From contig OX597830.1 of the NCBI GenBank assembly GCA_951406725.2, forward strand, positions 52,080,001 to 52,144,000: a stretch of 64,000 nt of DNA, given 5' to 3'. A program made the translations under genes and the position numbers. The DNA is from Octopus vulgaris (taxonomy: Eukaryota). Positions 30,483 through 44,888 of the stretch are shown here, in pieces; within the stretch, counting starts at the first letter, position 1; each line of letters begins with the position of its first letter. The notes below the pieces were generated by a model, which ran no database searches, had not been told where the DNA came from, and saw nothing but the letters and a program-made list of their open reading frames with translations.

Positions 30483-30865
30483 TGGAAGCACTCCGTTGGT
30501 TACGACGACGAGGGTTCCGGTTGATCCGAATCAACGGAACAACCTGCTCGTGAAATTAACGTGTAAGTGGCTGAGCACTCCACAGACACGTGTACCCTTA
30601 ACGTAGTTCTCGGGGATGTTCAGCATGACACAGAGAGTAACATGGCCGGCCCTTTGAAATACAGGTACAACAGAAACAGGAAGTAAGATTGAGAGAAAGT
30701 TGTGGTGAAATAGTACAGCAGGGATCACCACCATCCCCTGCCGGAGCCTCGTGGAGCTTTAGGTGTTTTCGCTCAATAATCACTCACAACGCCCGGTCTG
30801 GGAATCGAAACCGCGATCCTATGACCACGAGTCCGCTGCCCTAACCACTGGGCCATTGCGCCTCC

Positions 30866-30866
<1 letters not shown>
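30483..30866 (-). mobile_element. tRNA-derived SINE (head A + tail X)
   Basis: Near-identical to 8135-8516; inserted in a TA tract. Confidence 0.92.
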
Positions 30867-30908
<42 letters not shown>

Positions 30909-31110
30909 TATACATATATATATATATATATAAATCACTGAGCGAGATATAACATAAACAGTAGCTGCATGACATCGTGAAGTATATTTGCCACCTAAAT
31001 CTGGCTAGCCCTTAAGGGTCGATGCTACTGTAGCTTGTAGCCCAGGAAGAAGACATCTCCTCCAGCTGGCTATCGACATATTTACGTGGCAAATATACAC
31101 GTATATATGA

Positions 31111-31157
<47 letters not shown>

Positions 31158-32004
31158 TATATATATATACATATGAGTATGTGTTGAATGTGTATGTGTG
31201 TATGTATAGGTATATATATATGTGCGCGTGTGTGTGTATATGTATATATATATATACACATATATGTTTGTATGCATGCGTTTGTATACATTATGTACAA
31301 GTCTGTATACGTATATAGGTGTGTATGTATATATATGTGTGTGTATGTATATATACACGCGTATATATGTGTATGCGTGTACACACGTGTTGCGCATGTA
31401 TATGTATGCATTTATAGGAATGCAAGCGGGTATATGTGTTTATGTGTGTAAATGTCTATATGCATGTTTAATACATGCATGTGTATACATCTTCAGATAT
31501 ATATATTCTTCTAATACTAAGCACTGACCTGTCCTCTAAACAATCTAACGTATATTCCGAAATTCTTCATTCAACCATTTTACTACCCCTACCCCTTCTC
31601 TCTGCTCTTCACTTAGGCTCTATCACAACTTACCTCACACTCATTTACTCTTTACCTTCTCCTCTCTTCACACTCTCATATCTTTCTCTCTCTGTCATCC
31701 TCACCTCCTCATTCCTTCTATCAATTTATCCTGACTGACCACTGGCCAGTACTCTTCATTTCTTCATTATATCTCTCTCCCCACTCTTCTTTTTTTCTTC
31801 TCTTCCTGTTTTTGATTTGACCTTACAAACACATTCCTAAATTTTAAGTCACTTCAAAAAAAACCCTCAATCCAAAAACATGGCATACAAACTCTATGCT
31901 TGGAATGACCAATTTTAAATATTATTGGATTTACACACAAGGTACAGGAAACTTATATGTATACCATTCTGCTTAACTAATCGAAGTGCAGATACAATAT
32001 CCCT

Positions 32005-32200
32005 GCATATCTCACGTCTGTTTTCATTCCTCCACTTTACTCTCTATTTCATATCTTCTCTAGAATAATTATTGTTTAACCATTTCCTAGCGCCGTCTCC
32101 AATGAAAAGATATATACCGGAAACAGCTGTAAGACCTCTTTATAAATGTTCTGAAATCTTTCACAGCCTTAGACTTTTATCTCATTCTGAAAATTTATAT
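32005..32200 (+). mobile_element. PLE-like terminal repeat copy 1 with degenerate hammerhead (32095-32135)
   Basis: Homologous to ~33590-33790; gtct ccaatga ... GAAAC AGCT GT A agac. Confidence 0.6.
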
Positions 32201-32257
32201 GTTGTTGTTTGTTGTTTTCCAGTTTCAGCTCTTGAGCTGTGGCCATGCTGGGGCACC

Positions 32258-32312
<55 letters not shown>

Positions 32313-33589
32313 CTTCATTTTATTTATTCTTTTATTTTATATTATATTATATCATTAAATTTTGCATTTTCTATACCTATTTACTCTCGCATATACTGGT
32401 GTAACATTTTATGATTTGCGGAGGGTTTGTAACTTCTCTCTACAGTTAATCATGGTAAAATATAATACAATATGGTATATGTATTTATATTTTTTGTTCA
32501 TCTATAATTACATTTTATAATTATATATATATATATGCGGTATCTTTATATCTTTTTTTCATAATATTGGATTTTTTCATAATGTTGGAAATATGCTATA
32601 TGATTATATTTTCCAAAGGTTTTTTTAAAAATAAGTTTATCTGTTATAGAACCAATTATCTCTTTTTTTGCCTTTAATCCCCGATTTTCAGTCAATGGAA
32701 AATGTGTTCCTCTCTCTCGGATGAAATCGGAATTTATTTATGGGTTCATTGTTGAATGCTTTTATCACGAACACCTTAACAGTTTGCTAGGATGAAGTAT
32801 TATGAGGCTTCTATTTTATATAACGGTACTTGACTTTTTTTAGGGCTTGAATTGGTTTATATATCCTTTTTCTCTTATATGATGCTTAAATCTCTTTCTA
32901 AATTTAAAAAATTTACTTTTCATTACATAAAATATAGCAATATATAAATTTGATTAAATTTTTGTCATAATTTTTCCCCTGAACCCTTAATGCCCATTTA
33001 GATCTAATTGTCGCCTCCTTTGTTTTCTATTTTAGGCCCCTTTTAACTGATAATAATAAACTAGTTAACATCACCCCTACCCTCCCTCTTTCTGGGCATA
33101 TACCACTATCTTACTGACTTCTTAGATTTATTCCTTTATGTAGTTATAGCGAATTTATAGCTATAGTAAATTAGGGGTTTGGGAAAGTATCTAACAGTAA
33201 TTGATTTATCATCAACAGCTAGGACTTAACTGTCATTTCCCAGTGATTTTTATTCTTAGTGGACGTAGTATACTAGCTGCATTAGATCTTTTGATGGTGA
33301 TAAGGAGATAGATAAATGTAGCTATATTACCATCTCATGACTCCCATTGTTATTCTCTTCTGCCACTCCAAATTATAGGAGTATCTTATGTAATTCTTGC
33401 ATTACTCGATTAAATGGAGCCCCCTGAAACGGCCCTAATGCAAAAAAACCTTGAGATCCTTGCTACTCATTTGCTTTTTATTCACCTTATTTCGGGCTGA
33501 GTTGTTGCTTCAACCAAAGAGCCCAATTCAACTGAATCTTAATTATTTCTTATGTATATATCTCACGTCTTATGTATATATCTTATGTA

Positions 33590-33790
33590 TATATCTGACA
33601 TCTATTTTCATTCCTCCAACTGACTCTCTATTTCGTATCTTATCTAAATTAGCTATTGCTTAACCATCTTCTCAGACCGTCTCGATGAAGGGATATAATA
33701 AATATCCTAGAAACAGCTGTAAGACCTTCTATTTATAAATGTTCTAAAATCTACACAGCCTTGGTTTGTTAACTCATTACGGAAAAATTA
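33590..33790 (+). mobile_element. PLE-like terminal repeat copy 2 with hammerhead-like motif (33679-33724)
   Basis: gtct CGATGA ag GGATAT ataa ATATCC ta GAAAC AGCT GT A agac; ends in a TA tract. Confidence 0.6.
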
Positions 33791-33838
33791 TATATATATA
33801 TATATATTCATTTATTTATATATGCATATATATATATA

Positions 33839-33886
<48 letters not shown>

Positions 33887-34513
33887 TATATGTGTATATA
33901 TATAAATGCATAAATAAATATCTATACATATATATGAAGAATTTGCATTCTTTTTAATAAATGAGTGTGAGTGGGCATATGCATATAGAACATGTGCGTA
34001 TTTTTAGACGGGTATTTGAATATAATTGTGCTCGTATGGGTATGTGCACGTGCGTGTGTGTGTGTGCGTGCGTGTGTGTAGACATGTATACGTGTACATG
34101 CATGGTTGCATATTTATATATGTGCATATATAGGCGTATGTCTAGGTGTACATGTATGTGTTTCACGCGAGTGTGAGTGAGCATATGCATATAAGCACAT
34201 GTATGTGGGAGTGCATTCGCGCATGTGTGTGTATGTATGTATGTATGTACATGTGCGCATACGCGATTTCTATGAGTATTTTTGATTCTTTTCTTTTTTA
34301 CTTTCTCCCCTTCGGTTTTTTTCCCTTATTTAACGGTCATTCTGATAGCTCTTTTGTCTTAATAGAGGTCAACTACATAGTAATTTCCCTCTGTTTAACG
34401 GTCATTTTCATAGCATTTTTGATTGCTTCGATAACTGACGAGTTGCGGGAACAGTTTTCCGCCCCGACATACCAAATTCGGAGTCTTATTATAGCAACCG
34501 AATAATTGTTACA

Positions 34514-34589
<76 letters not shown>

Positions 34590-34602
<13 letters not shown>

Positions 34603-34856
34603 TTAGAGACAAAACCACTATTTTGCAAAACAAACAAGGAAATACTTAATCAATACATAAGATTTTAATAATAAAAAAAGTCAAAAAAACCGCCACTACA
34701 ATTGTATTGATTAAGTCTTTCCTTGTTTGTTTTGCAAAATAGTGGTTTTGTCTCTAATTAATATTATATAATATTTTACTATAAAATTGGATTTAATCCT
34801 AAATCTGATTTTTTTCCCTGTAAATTTGGATTTATTCCCTAATATTTATTATTATA
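34590..34856. mobile_element. Hairpin element, second copy of the 20951 family
   Basis: Arms 34590-34657 and 34703-34770, same tail, flanked by (TA)n. Confidence 0.85.
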
Positions 34857-35066
34857 TATATATATATATATATATATTACGTTATATAATTAGGGCTCAG
34901 TAAAATAATTTACTTTACCACACACCGAACTTTTAGAAATAGCAGCCAAAAAATCTTAGCTATTTCTTCTACTATAAGAAAAATCTCCCAGACAATGCAT
35001 ACTCAAAAATAATTCACACAGGTATAGAGGGGAAAATAACGAAAGATCACACGTACATAAGATTAC

Positions 35067-35128
35067 TTGAGAACGGCCGTTTCTGGATTAGTTAAACATA
35101 AAGATCAACATTTCCTTCGTCAGCTCAA
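35067..35128 (-). ncRNA. Type-I hammerhead ribozyme motif inside a ~420-bp element between TA tracts (34875-35295)
   Basis: TTGAG CTGACGA a GGA ... TCC a GAAAC GGCC GT T CTCAA; 5-bp stem I, palindromic stem III. Confidence 0.75.
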
Positions 35129-35292
35129 AGATTTCTTTTGATTTGGATTTGAGAGCACTAAAAATCGAACATACCCGTCTGACATGAGTAATCCCAGACA
35201 AACCATTTTTTTATATAACGTAATGTTTTACATACTGAACACTACTTGGTAAAATTAATTAGTAATTAATTAATTTTACCCTTTTATTATTG

Positions 35293-35392
<100 letters not shown>

Positions 35393-36072
35393 AATTAGAA
35401 CCAGCACTAATGTAATAAACATTATCAACCCCATATACTCAAACGCAAAAAAAACAACTATATTTGCCGGTCGGCTGCGATGTGGTGTGGAGAGTACTCG
35501 CTCAAAGCGCCTGGGCGTTTTAACAGATTCACTTTGTGACTAGGTGTTCCTCGGTTCGATCGCAGTGTTTGTCTTTTTGGGGGCAATTTGCTTTCTATAA
35601 AATCTTGCGTCGGCCCAAAGTTTTTCAGAAAAACCGGATAAAGAGGGAAACTGTATGGGGGCTTGCCGGTTAAATTGTACCAGTAATATAACTGGTTAAC
35701 CCTTGTCACACACTATCTAATTGAATCTGCTCGAGGGTTACATAAAAATACAAGTGCCTGAGGAATTTTCTGCCACTTTGAATCGAATATATTGAATAGT
35801 GTAGCTGGAAGAGCCAACCTGGAAATCGTCGGAGAATCCATTAACAGTTACATTCGTGTGTGTGTGTGTGCGCGCGCATTGATCCTTATGTTTCCATTTG
35901 AATAAATAGCTCAGCAGGAGTGGTGACAGTTGGTATAAGAGCAGCAGTTAACGCGGGTCTGTTCATGCTTTTTCAGTGCTCTGTACCTAACAGCCGTCAG
36001 TATATCTATTAATTTAATAGGAACACATCAATCACTTAGCTTTCTCTCTCTCTCTTATTATATATATATATA

Positions 36073-36157
<85 letters not shown>

Positions 36158-36427
36158 GCCTATTTCTCTCTGTCTCTCTCTATCTCTCTCACTAATAACT
36201 TACAGCCACGCAAACACTTGAGGTTTAATTTTCTGTTGCCATTGTGTAGCACAACCTGCTTTAATGGGGGCTCGTATCTATGTGTGCATGTGTGCGTGTA
36301 TGTGTGTATGAATGTGTGTGTGCACGCGTTTGTGTGTGTGTATGCATCTGAATGAATATATGATTTTGTGTGCTTCTGCATATAAGTACATACATACAAA
36401 GATATGCGTATATATATATGTGTGTAT

Positions 36428-36495
<68 letters not shown>

Positions 36496-36923
36496 ATATA
36501 TACATATATATATACGTATATATATATGTATGTGTGTCTGTATACTTGTATGTATGATGTATGTATATTTATATATATATATACATTGCAAACGTATATA
36601 GCGAAGTGTGTGCTTGTGTATGAATGCCAATTTGTTATATATAAATGTATGTATACGTATATATATGAACGGATGGATGGGTGTAGTTGTGTATGTATGT
36701 ATGTTTTTATGTGTGCATGTATCTATGGATGTATATTTACATAAATATCTATGTATGTGTTTAGTCGCTGCCGTTTTACACCTGTGTTGTTTATGCAATA
36801 AACATCAGTCGGTTAAATTTATTGGTTGCTATGTATAGTTAATTTGATAATGCACTTTCTACATAGATATAGACTAGGACTCACATAATGGCAATTATAA
36901 GTTTCCTGGTGAATATGTATGTA

Positions 36924-37798
36924 TTATGCTGAATCAAAAGTTTGGCAATTTTTTGGTAGCTTATTTGCTTTGTTCGTCAACTTACAAGAACAACCGAGTA
37001 TTCAAACTAGAGGTCATCTTCTTACACCCTCTGAAGTCACCTTTCTGCCAGTTCTTTGATCCCATGCTGATTCCAGTTCTTGTCCTTCGAGTCGAAGAAC
37101 TCCTTCGCCGGAGTTTCCATGTTCTCTTGGTTGATGAAGCGTCGCGTGCGCAGGAGGTGAACCATGGATCGGAGCAAGTAATAATCCTAGAGAGCCAGGT
37201 CTCGAGTTTCTGGAGTTTATTCCGAGTCGTTGGAGCAGTAGGAGGTCTTGCGTTGCCTTGCTGCAGAAGCTCTAACTTTTTGTTAATCAACACTGGGTAT
37301 TTTTTCTGTCCAAATGGCATACATCCATTCCAGCTGTTTGGATACAGGTTAATAGCATCGATGGTTTGACCGTCAGGAACAAATTCGTAGTGAGTTATCC
37401 CCACATAATTACACCAGAGGCAGAGCATCACGTTGTGTTCGAAACGTTCATTTTGGACAACAGGTTCCAGAAAATGGCTCTTGCTTAACCAGGCTTATGA
37501 ACGCTAGGATTTCGGGAAAATATCTCCATCAGATTATTATTTGTTCCGATCCATAGCTCACCTCCTGCGCTCGTGATTCTTCCTCAACCAAGAGGTGTTG
37601 GAAACAGAAGTGAAAGAGTTCTTCACCTCAAATGACAAGAAATGGTATCAGTTTAGCATCAAAGAACTGACAGAAAGGTGGTTTCAGACAGTGCAACACG
37701 TTCGCCTCTGCTTTGAATGCTCAGATTCTTTTGTTGTAACTCGACAAATAAAACAAATGAGTTACCAAAATATTTGCAAAATTTTTGACTCAGTGCAA
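36924..37798. mobile_element. Mariner-derived element made of two back-to-back 3' ends
   Basis: Minus strand MLCLWCNYVGITHYEFVPDGQTID..QGNARP (DDE); plus strand SPSDYYLFRSIAH..EVKEFFTSNDKKWY..IKELTERW; matching TIRs and TA at both ends. Confidence 0.85.
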
Positions 37799-38319
37799 TA
37801 GAATAAAGCAAGCACAAATATGCGTTCATTTGTCGGGTTGAGCAGCTTTTGTCCCGTTGACCCAATATTAGTTGAGACAACAGGAGACAGAACGATCTTC
37901 ACATTTTACAAGCTACCTTCTATCTATATATATGTTCTGAGAAGAACCAGAGATGTATGGCATCCAAATCTGTCTTAGTGCGAGTTCGTTCCAGCCTCGA
38001 ATTTTCTGTGTTCCTGGGTATGCATACACACCTTAATGAGTGTTGTGTTGATGTTGTCTTTGTTTAGGTATTTATTTTTATTTTTATTTTTTTTTAATCG
38101 TTAATGGCTGTGATATTTATTTATTTGTTTATTTATTTGAATGTATCGGTTCAACTATTTTAAAAACAATGTGATTATTAAAAAGGTTAAGATTATCTCA
38201 TAAACGCTATTTATTTCTTGGTTGAGTGACCTTTGCTAATATGTCTTTTCAAAAATTCGTTTTGGTGAAGATTAAATAACTTTAAAAATGGAAGCGGAAA
38301 TGCGATGTTACATGTGTTA

Positions 38320-38385
<66 letters not shown>

Positions 38386-38899
38386 TGTGTGTGTATATAC
38401 GTGCGCTCACACATTTATACAGATATATATGCATATGGTTTAGTGGATATTAAATATATCTCTTTCTTAAAATATCGAGTTGTTAAAATCTTAGAGTACG
38501 CCCCTTTTTTTTGTTAGTGCAGGATCTAAACCATGTAAGATCAGAATTGACCTGGATTACATGAAATAAAACGCTCAGTCGAGTACTTCGGGTCCAGTCT
38601 GGAGTGCCTGACCAGTGTATCACCTTTCCTGTTAAGTTTGTGCAATAACTGGCATCGTAACAAAATATACTACTACTACAACTACAACTACTATCACTAC
38701 TACTACTACTAGCACTACCGGTGCTGCTGATGCAGATACTCCTGCAGCGACTGCGGCTGCTGTTGCTGCAGCTGCTGTGGCTGGTGGACATAATATGTAT
38801 TGATATTGATGTTGAGAGTAATGTTAATATACGTCATCTCTTGCGTATAAGAACTATTTCTGTGAAATGATTGTTGGAATAAATAAATAAATAAATGAA

Positions 38900-38930
<31 letters not shown>

Positions 38931-39103
38931 ATACAACAATAAATAAACAAATAAATAACTAAAAAGACTACAAAAACACGATAAAAATTCTTTAGAAGCC
39001 TAACTTTTGGATATGAAAGAGTAAAAGATTTTTATTAAATGATATTGTAATATGTAAATAGACAATATTATAATCTCTTTAATAGAAGAGTTCTACTTAC
39101 GAA

Positions 39104-39142
<39 letters not shown>

Positions 39143-39370
39143 GTATACCTTTGTGTTTCTCAGTCTATGTATGTGTGTATGTTGTGTGTGTGTTACGTGT
39201 GTGTGTATAGATGTGGGTTTCATTCCAAGAATTACAAGAATATTGTTATATTTTGGTCATACTTTGATTGTTCAATTCTGCTGATTTATTTACAGAAATA
39301 CAATGGAAGCAGAATGGAAGCAAATATTGAAGCATGGCGTGATGGAGAATAGAAGCGATATCAATGCACT

Positions 39371-39414
<44 letters not shown>

Positions 39415-40005
39415 AATATATATATATATAAATATATACATATATGCAAATTATGTATACATAAAATGTAGTTTCAATGCACAAACAAGGGAAAAAAAAC
39501 CACAATACATGTAGTGGGTGTGTATGTTTGTATGCGTGTATGTGTGTATGTATGTATGTATGTATGTATGTATGTATGTATGTGTGTGTATGTATGTAAG
39601 TATGTTTGTATGTATGTGTGTATGTATGTATGTGTGTATGTAAGTATGTATGTATGTACGTGTATGTATGTATGTATGTGTGTATGTATGTATGTATGTA
39701 TGTATGTATGTATGTACGCACATATGTATGTACGCGTGCTTGAGTCTATGTGTGTGGAGATAGAGACGAAAACGGGATGAAAAGTTTTAATAATTGAACA
39801 GAATTGTTTGAAATCGGTTCCTACTTCCGAGTTGGAAACATATAAATATATATGTGTGTGTGTGTGTGTGTGTACACAGATACATAGAAACGTAGATAGA
39901 TGCATAAATAGATTGATAGATACATACATACGCATACGTATATTTATACAGATATACATATATACAGAGACAGACACACACATAAATATATATAGGCACA
40001 CATGC

Positions 40006-40066
<61 letters not shown>

Positions 40067-40127
40067 AATATATGAATATATACTTATACATAGATACGTA
40101 TGTGCTGTGTTATAAACATGTATATGT

Positions 40128-40160
<33 letters not shown>

Positions 40161-40492
40161 AAGTTACAGTATTTTTCATACTTTGTCGTCGACAGTTTCC
40201 TCAGATTTGGAAGCGTTTATATATATATATATATATATATGGGGGGGGGGGTCTGTGTGTATGTGTGTGTGTGTGTGTGTGCGTGCGTGTATATACAGTA
40301 TATACGTATGGCTGTGTTGTGTGTTATAGAATTATGGAACCCGTTTATTGTATTTGAGAAATAGGCTTTTTGCTGGTGGCTAAATAGAAATTCAGAAGAA
40401 CTTCTCCAGTTTATTAAACCCTCGACTATACACAAAGCCTTGAATCGAATGGAACCAATCTTTATGACAATACAGAAAGCAATCTAATATGT

Positions 40493-40524
<32 letters not shown>

Positions 40525-40789
40525 ACGCCCGCGCGCGTGTGTGTGTGTTGTTGATATAGGCATTAAATGAAGAGACAGTGACGAGGGAAATTTCTGTAAA
40601 TAATAATTGTAAGCTTTAAGCTTATAAGCGTTTTCCGTGAATTGACTACAGAAAATAGTCTTATATTGAAGCATAGAAGCCCTGGATGATGGAAAAAGCC
40701 ATACTAATGTCCGTTGAGCGCTTATATGCCCCAATATTGGACCCTTTTCTATAGCCAATTTCACCGTGAACTCTTATAAGCTTAAAGAT

Positions 40790-40856
<67 letters not shown>

Positions 40857-40857
40857 G

Positions 40858-41005
40858 TTTATTTATTGGCCACACAGGGCTGCACACAGATGGGACAAGT
40901 TACAAGGTAGAGCTTTTCTTTTGGGGGATGAAAAAAACAAAAGAAAAAGAAACAAAAAAAGGGGTGGCGTAGGTTTTCGATCAAGAGGGATTGTAAAAGG
41001 GAAGA
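40858..41005 (-). mobile_element. Retroposon 3' end inserted in (GATA)n
   Basis: Ends tgtcccatctgtgtgcagccctgtgtggccaataaataaa, similar to the tail of the 5822 SINE; GATA arrays on both sides. Confidence 0.55.
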
Positions 41006-41020
41006 AAAGAACAAAAAAAA

Positions 41021-41090
<70 letters not shown>

Positions 41091-41108
41091 TGATAGATAG
41101 ATATATAA

Positions 41109-41197
<89 letters not shown>

Positions 41198-41210
41198 CAG
41201 GCAGACAGAC

Positions 41211-41279
<69 letters not shown>

Positions 41280-41334
41280 AAGACATAGATAGATAGATGG
41301 ATAGACAGAGAGATAGACAGACAGACAGGCAGAA

Positions 41335-43191
41335 TAAGATGCGGAACACTGCCATAACCTAATAGTGGGGACAAGAATATTACGGTGCTAACAATAACAT
41401 ACAAGTGGACGAAGATCCACATTATAACAGGGGCAACGAGGATATAAACAGTTCCCACAGAGAGCGTTGAAAAATATCATTTTTTTTTCATGAGAATGTA
41501 ACGAATTTACGCAGACGACGTTGAAAACTTATGTGGTGAAGTTAAAAACCCGACAGAGGAGTAACAAATATTTTTGTTGTATATGTTTTCACGAAAAATC
41601 CGTAAAATTATGGAAAACTTGTCAGAGGGTCTAGTTGAGTTGCAAAAACAGACAACAGCAGCAACTTAAAAACAAGAACAACAACAAATGTTACAGCAAT
41701 AAATACTACAACTAAGGAAGTTGGTAACAAAACCGGAAAATACGTTTTCGCCAGACAATGTAGCAAATTCAGTAAATGAATTTAAATATGACAATGTTGA
41801 AAGAATTCCATATTGGACATCCGCAGATCGCAAGGATGAAAGCGCTTATGCGCAGTTATGTGTATTGGCCAAAGATGGACAAGGCAGTTGAAAACGTAGT
41901 AAAAGGCTGCAGAGTATGTGCTCTGGTAGCGAGATTGTCTAATCAAAAATCGGAAGTTTGACCAGAAATAAAAAGTCCATTGTCAAGCCTACGTATTGAT
42001 TTTGCGAATCCGTTATATGATTATTACCATTTAGTAGTAGTTGACAGTTTTACAAAATGGCCAGAAATTGTTAAGGGCAAAAGACCAACCTCCGAAACGA
42101 TAATACATTTTTTGCACGAATTGTTCGCAAGATTTGGCATCCCAGACATGATTGTATCCAATAATGGAACACAATTCGTGTCCAGTAAATTTAGAAAATT
42201 CTGTGAAATGTTCACGAAAGAACATAAAACCAAAATGTAGGAGATCAAATGGACAGGCAAAGCGTTTTGTGGACATTTTTAAAAGACGAAGTCGCTCTGC
42301 AGCAATTCCTAAGGATATACAGGGTGACACCGAACCCCAATACACCAGCAGGAAGCTCACCAGCAGACTTGATGTTCATAAGGAAGATGAAATCAGATTT
42401 TGATAAACTGTCACCTGGCGTGGAAAGAAAAAGTACCAGGAAAGACAATCCAAAATTTTTAAAAATCGGTGAAAAGGTGTACATGAGGTCGTATAAAAAC
42501 GGAAAATAGTACTGGGAAGACAGGCAAAATTACAAAGTAGACAGGAAAAATGATGTACGGAATTAAAATCAGAAAAGGTACTGAAAAAAGACACAGAAAC
42601 GAATTGAAGACGTGATACATAGAAAATTAACCAGACAAATCAGAAGAACCTATGGAATGGCTGTATGACACATTCCAGGTACCAACACCATTACAGGTTG
42701 AACCCGCGCGTACAAGTCGAAGAAAAAAGAACACAGAGTTCCTACAGATAGACGCCAAAAAGAAAAAAATATCAAGTTAAAAAAACGCTAAAAAAAGGAG
42801 GAGGGGGAATAAAGTAAAATAAAATGACACGCTTACCAAAGAAAAATAAAAGTAGAGATGTAGTGAAAATGGTATTCCCCTTTCCACGTGACAAAGTGGT
42901 ATCATTAGCCACTATAATGTCAGGCAGTCAGTCGTTGTAGGAGGTCATTTGTAGTAGAGTCGTTATATGAGTTCTCAGCTGGAGTCAGTATCAGTTACGT
43001 GTGATATACGAGTTCGAGTTATCGACAAGATAGGCGTTTCAAAGTCGTTGTCTTGCGGAGCTATCAACGATAGCATGTTAGACGAGTCAAAGATAATAAG
43101 ACACGGAATACTGCCACAACATAATAATGGTGACAAGACTATTACGGTGCCGACAGTAACACACAAGTGAACGAGGATCCACATTATAACA
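41335..43191 (+). mobile_element. Internally deleted Ty3/gypsy LTR retrotransposon
   Basis: Partial 5' LTR 41335-41429 matches the end of the 3' LTR 42859-43191 (TG...CA); PBS-like ggggcaacgagg; purine tract near 42790-42810. Confidence 0.88.
41610..42600 (+). pseudogene. gag N-terminus fused to integrase (H2C2 zinc domain + rve core), disrupted
   Basis: VANSVNEFKYD then FHIGHPQIARMKALMRSYVYWPKMDKAVENVVKGCRVC; RIDFANP..LVVVDSFTKWPE..FARFGIPDMIVSNNGTQF; stops and frameshifts. Confidence 0.9.
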
Positions 43192-43729
43192 AATAGCTAT
43201 TTTCATCTTCCATTATTTCTTTGTATTTAATACTGCTTCTATAGCATAAAACGGACTTTTTATTCAGCAGGGTGACTATTCGCAATATCAGTGAATAAAC
43301 ATCCACAGGTTCTTATATATATCGAAGGCTACGCATCTAATCTAAGCATATGGCTGATTGAGAGTACAAGCCACTGACAAGGTGTAGTAGTGGGCAGAAA
43401 TACACCTGACGTGTTCGTTAGCCGCTTCTGGGGCGATTTTCGTCTCTCACCAATATGTATTGCATTTTTAATCACAGCACGTCCATAATAGATGTTATCT
43501 CCGCACGAATACCAAGATAAATTTACCTTCCAAAGATGTATTTACATTAAGTATGATACAGGTGACTAAACACACAGACATACGCGTGCATAAAGACACA
43601 AGCCTCCATTTCAGATTGCATGAAATGCTAACCCATTTATCAGAGATCAGTCAAAACAAATACCAGACTGAAATAAAAGCAGGGGACCAATATAATCGAC
43701 TACAACGCTCAAAGCCAGTGCCTCACTAT

Positions 43730-44059
43730 GTTTGTCTCCCTCCACCACTTGACAACCGGTGTTGGTGTGCTTGCGTCTCCGTAACTTATTGGTTCGGCAA
43801 AAGAGATCGATAGAATAAAGACCAAGCTTAAGAAAAAGTAGTGGGCTGGATTCATTCGACTGAAAGTTCTTAAAGGCGGTGTCCCAGCATGGCCGCAGTC
43901 TAATGACAGAAATGTGTAAAAAATACCTGATAAAGGGTACCAATCGAATAAGAGATCAATATTATCGACATACCCCACCCTACACCCCTAAGTATTCATC
44001 ATGGTAATTACCATATCTCGTTAAAGTGTCACCGTATCATAATGAATAGATGGGTACCA
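43730..44059 (+). repeat. Left arm of a ~330-bp inverted duplication (SINE 3' half + unique flank)
   Basis: Reverse complement of 46024-46352; the same ORF translations appear on opposite strands in the track. Confidence 0.93.
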
Positions 44060-44074
44060 GCAGAATATAACTGT

Positions 44075-44410
44075 ATAAAACTTAGATAAAACTTAGATAT
44101 GTTTCGACCAGAGATTGGTCCAGGCCATGTCTAACTTAATAGCACCACCTGATAGGATTATTCGAATCCTGTTTAAGTCAAGTTTTGTTCAAGTAGTGAG
44201 TTCTTGTTGAGTGAGTTGTATCCAATTATGGGTGGCTTATCTGGTATTCTTTGAAGGAATCTATCCAGACTCTGTTTGAAGTTGATGGGATCCTTTTCCT
44301 CTTTGATCTCCCTCGGGACAATGTTAAATAGGGCAGGGCCTGTTGAGGAAAAGAAATTATGTTGCAGTGTACATGTATGTTGTGATCTTGAATTTGGCAA
44401 TCTCACAAAT
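44075..44410 (-). mobile_element. CR1/L2-like LINE 3' end
   Basis: NFFSSTGPALFNIVPREIKEEKDPINFKQSLDRFLQRIPDKP then stop, 3' stem-loop and (atctaagtttt)2 tail. Confidence 0.8.
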
Positions 44411-44772
44411 GTGTTACGAACCAGCGGTCCTTGACAAGACCACTAAACGTCTCAAAGAATAATACATCTTTCTTACTGGTTGATCGCTATCTCAACAAAT
44501 ATCTTTTCATCAAATAGTTTATTTATACCGAATGTCTTATTTACACCACCTAATTACATGTTTTTTACACCAGTAATTGCTGTGGTTTCAGTCGTTACAT
44601 CACTTGCTTCAAAATACGATCATCATCTAATTTAGATCGAACTGAATATATTCGTAACTTTATTCAGTTATATATTCATATATTCATAAATTCATATACT
44701 TTTATATATAGTTACATTGCTATATAAATCTATAGTTATACGCACACACACACACATACATATATATATACG

Positions 44773-44888
<116 letters not shown>

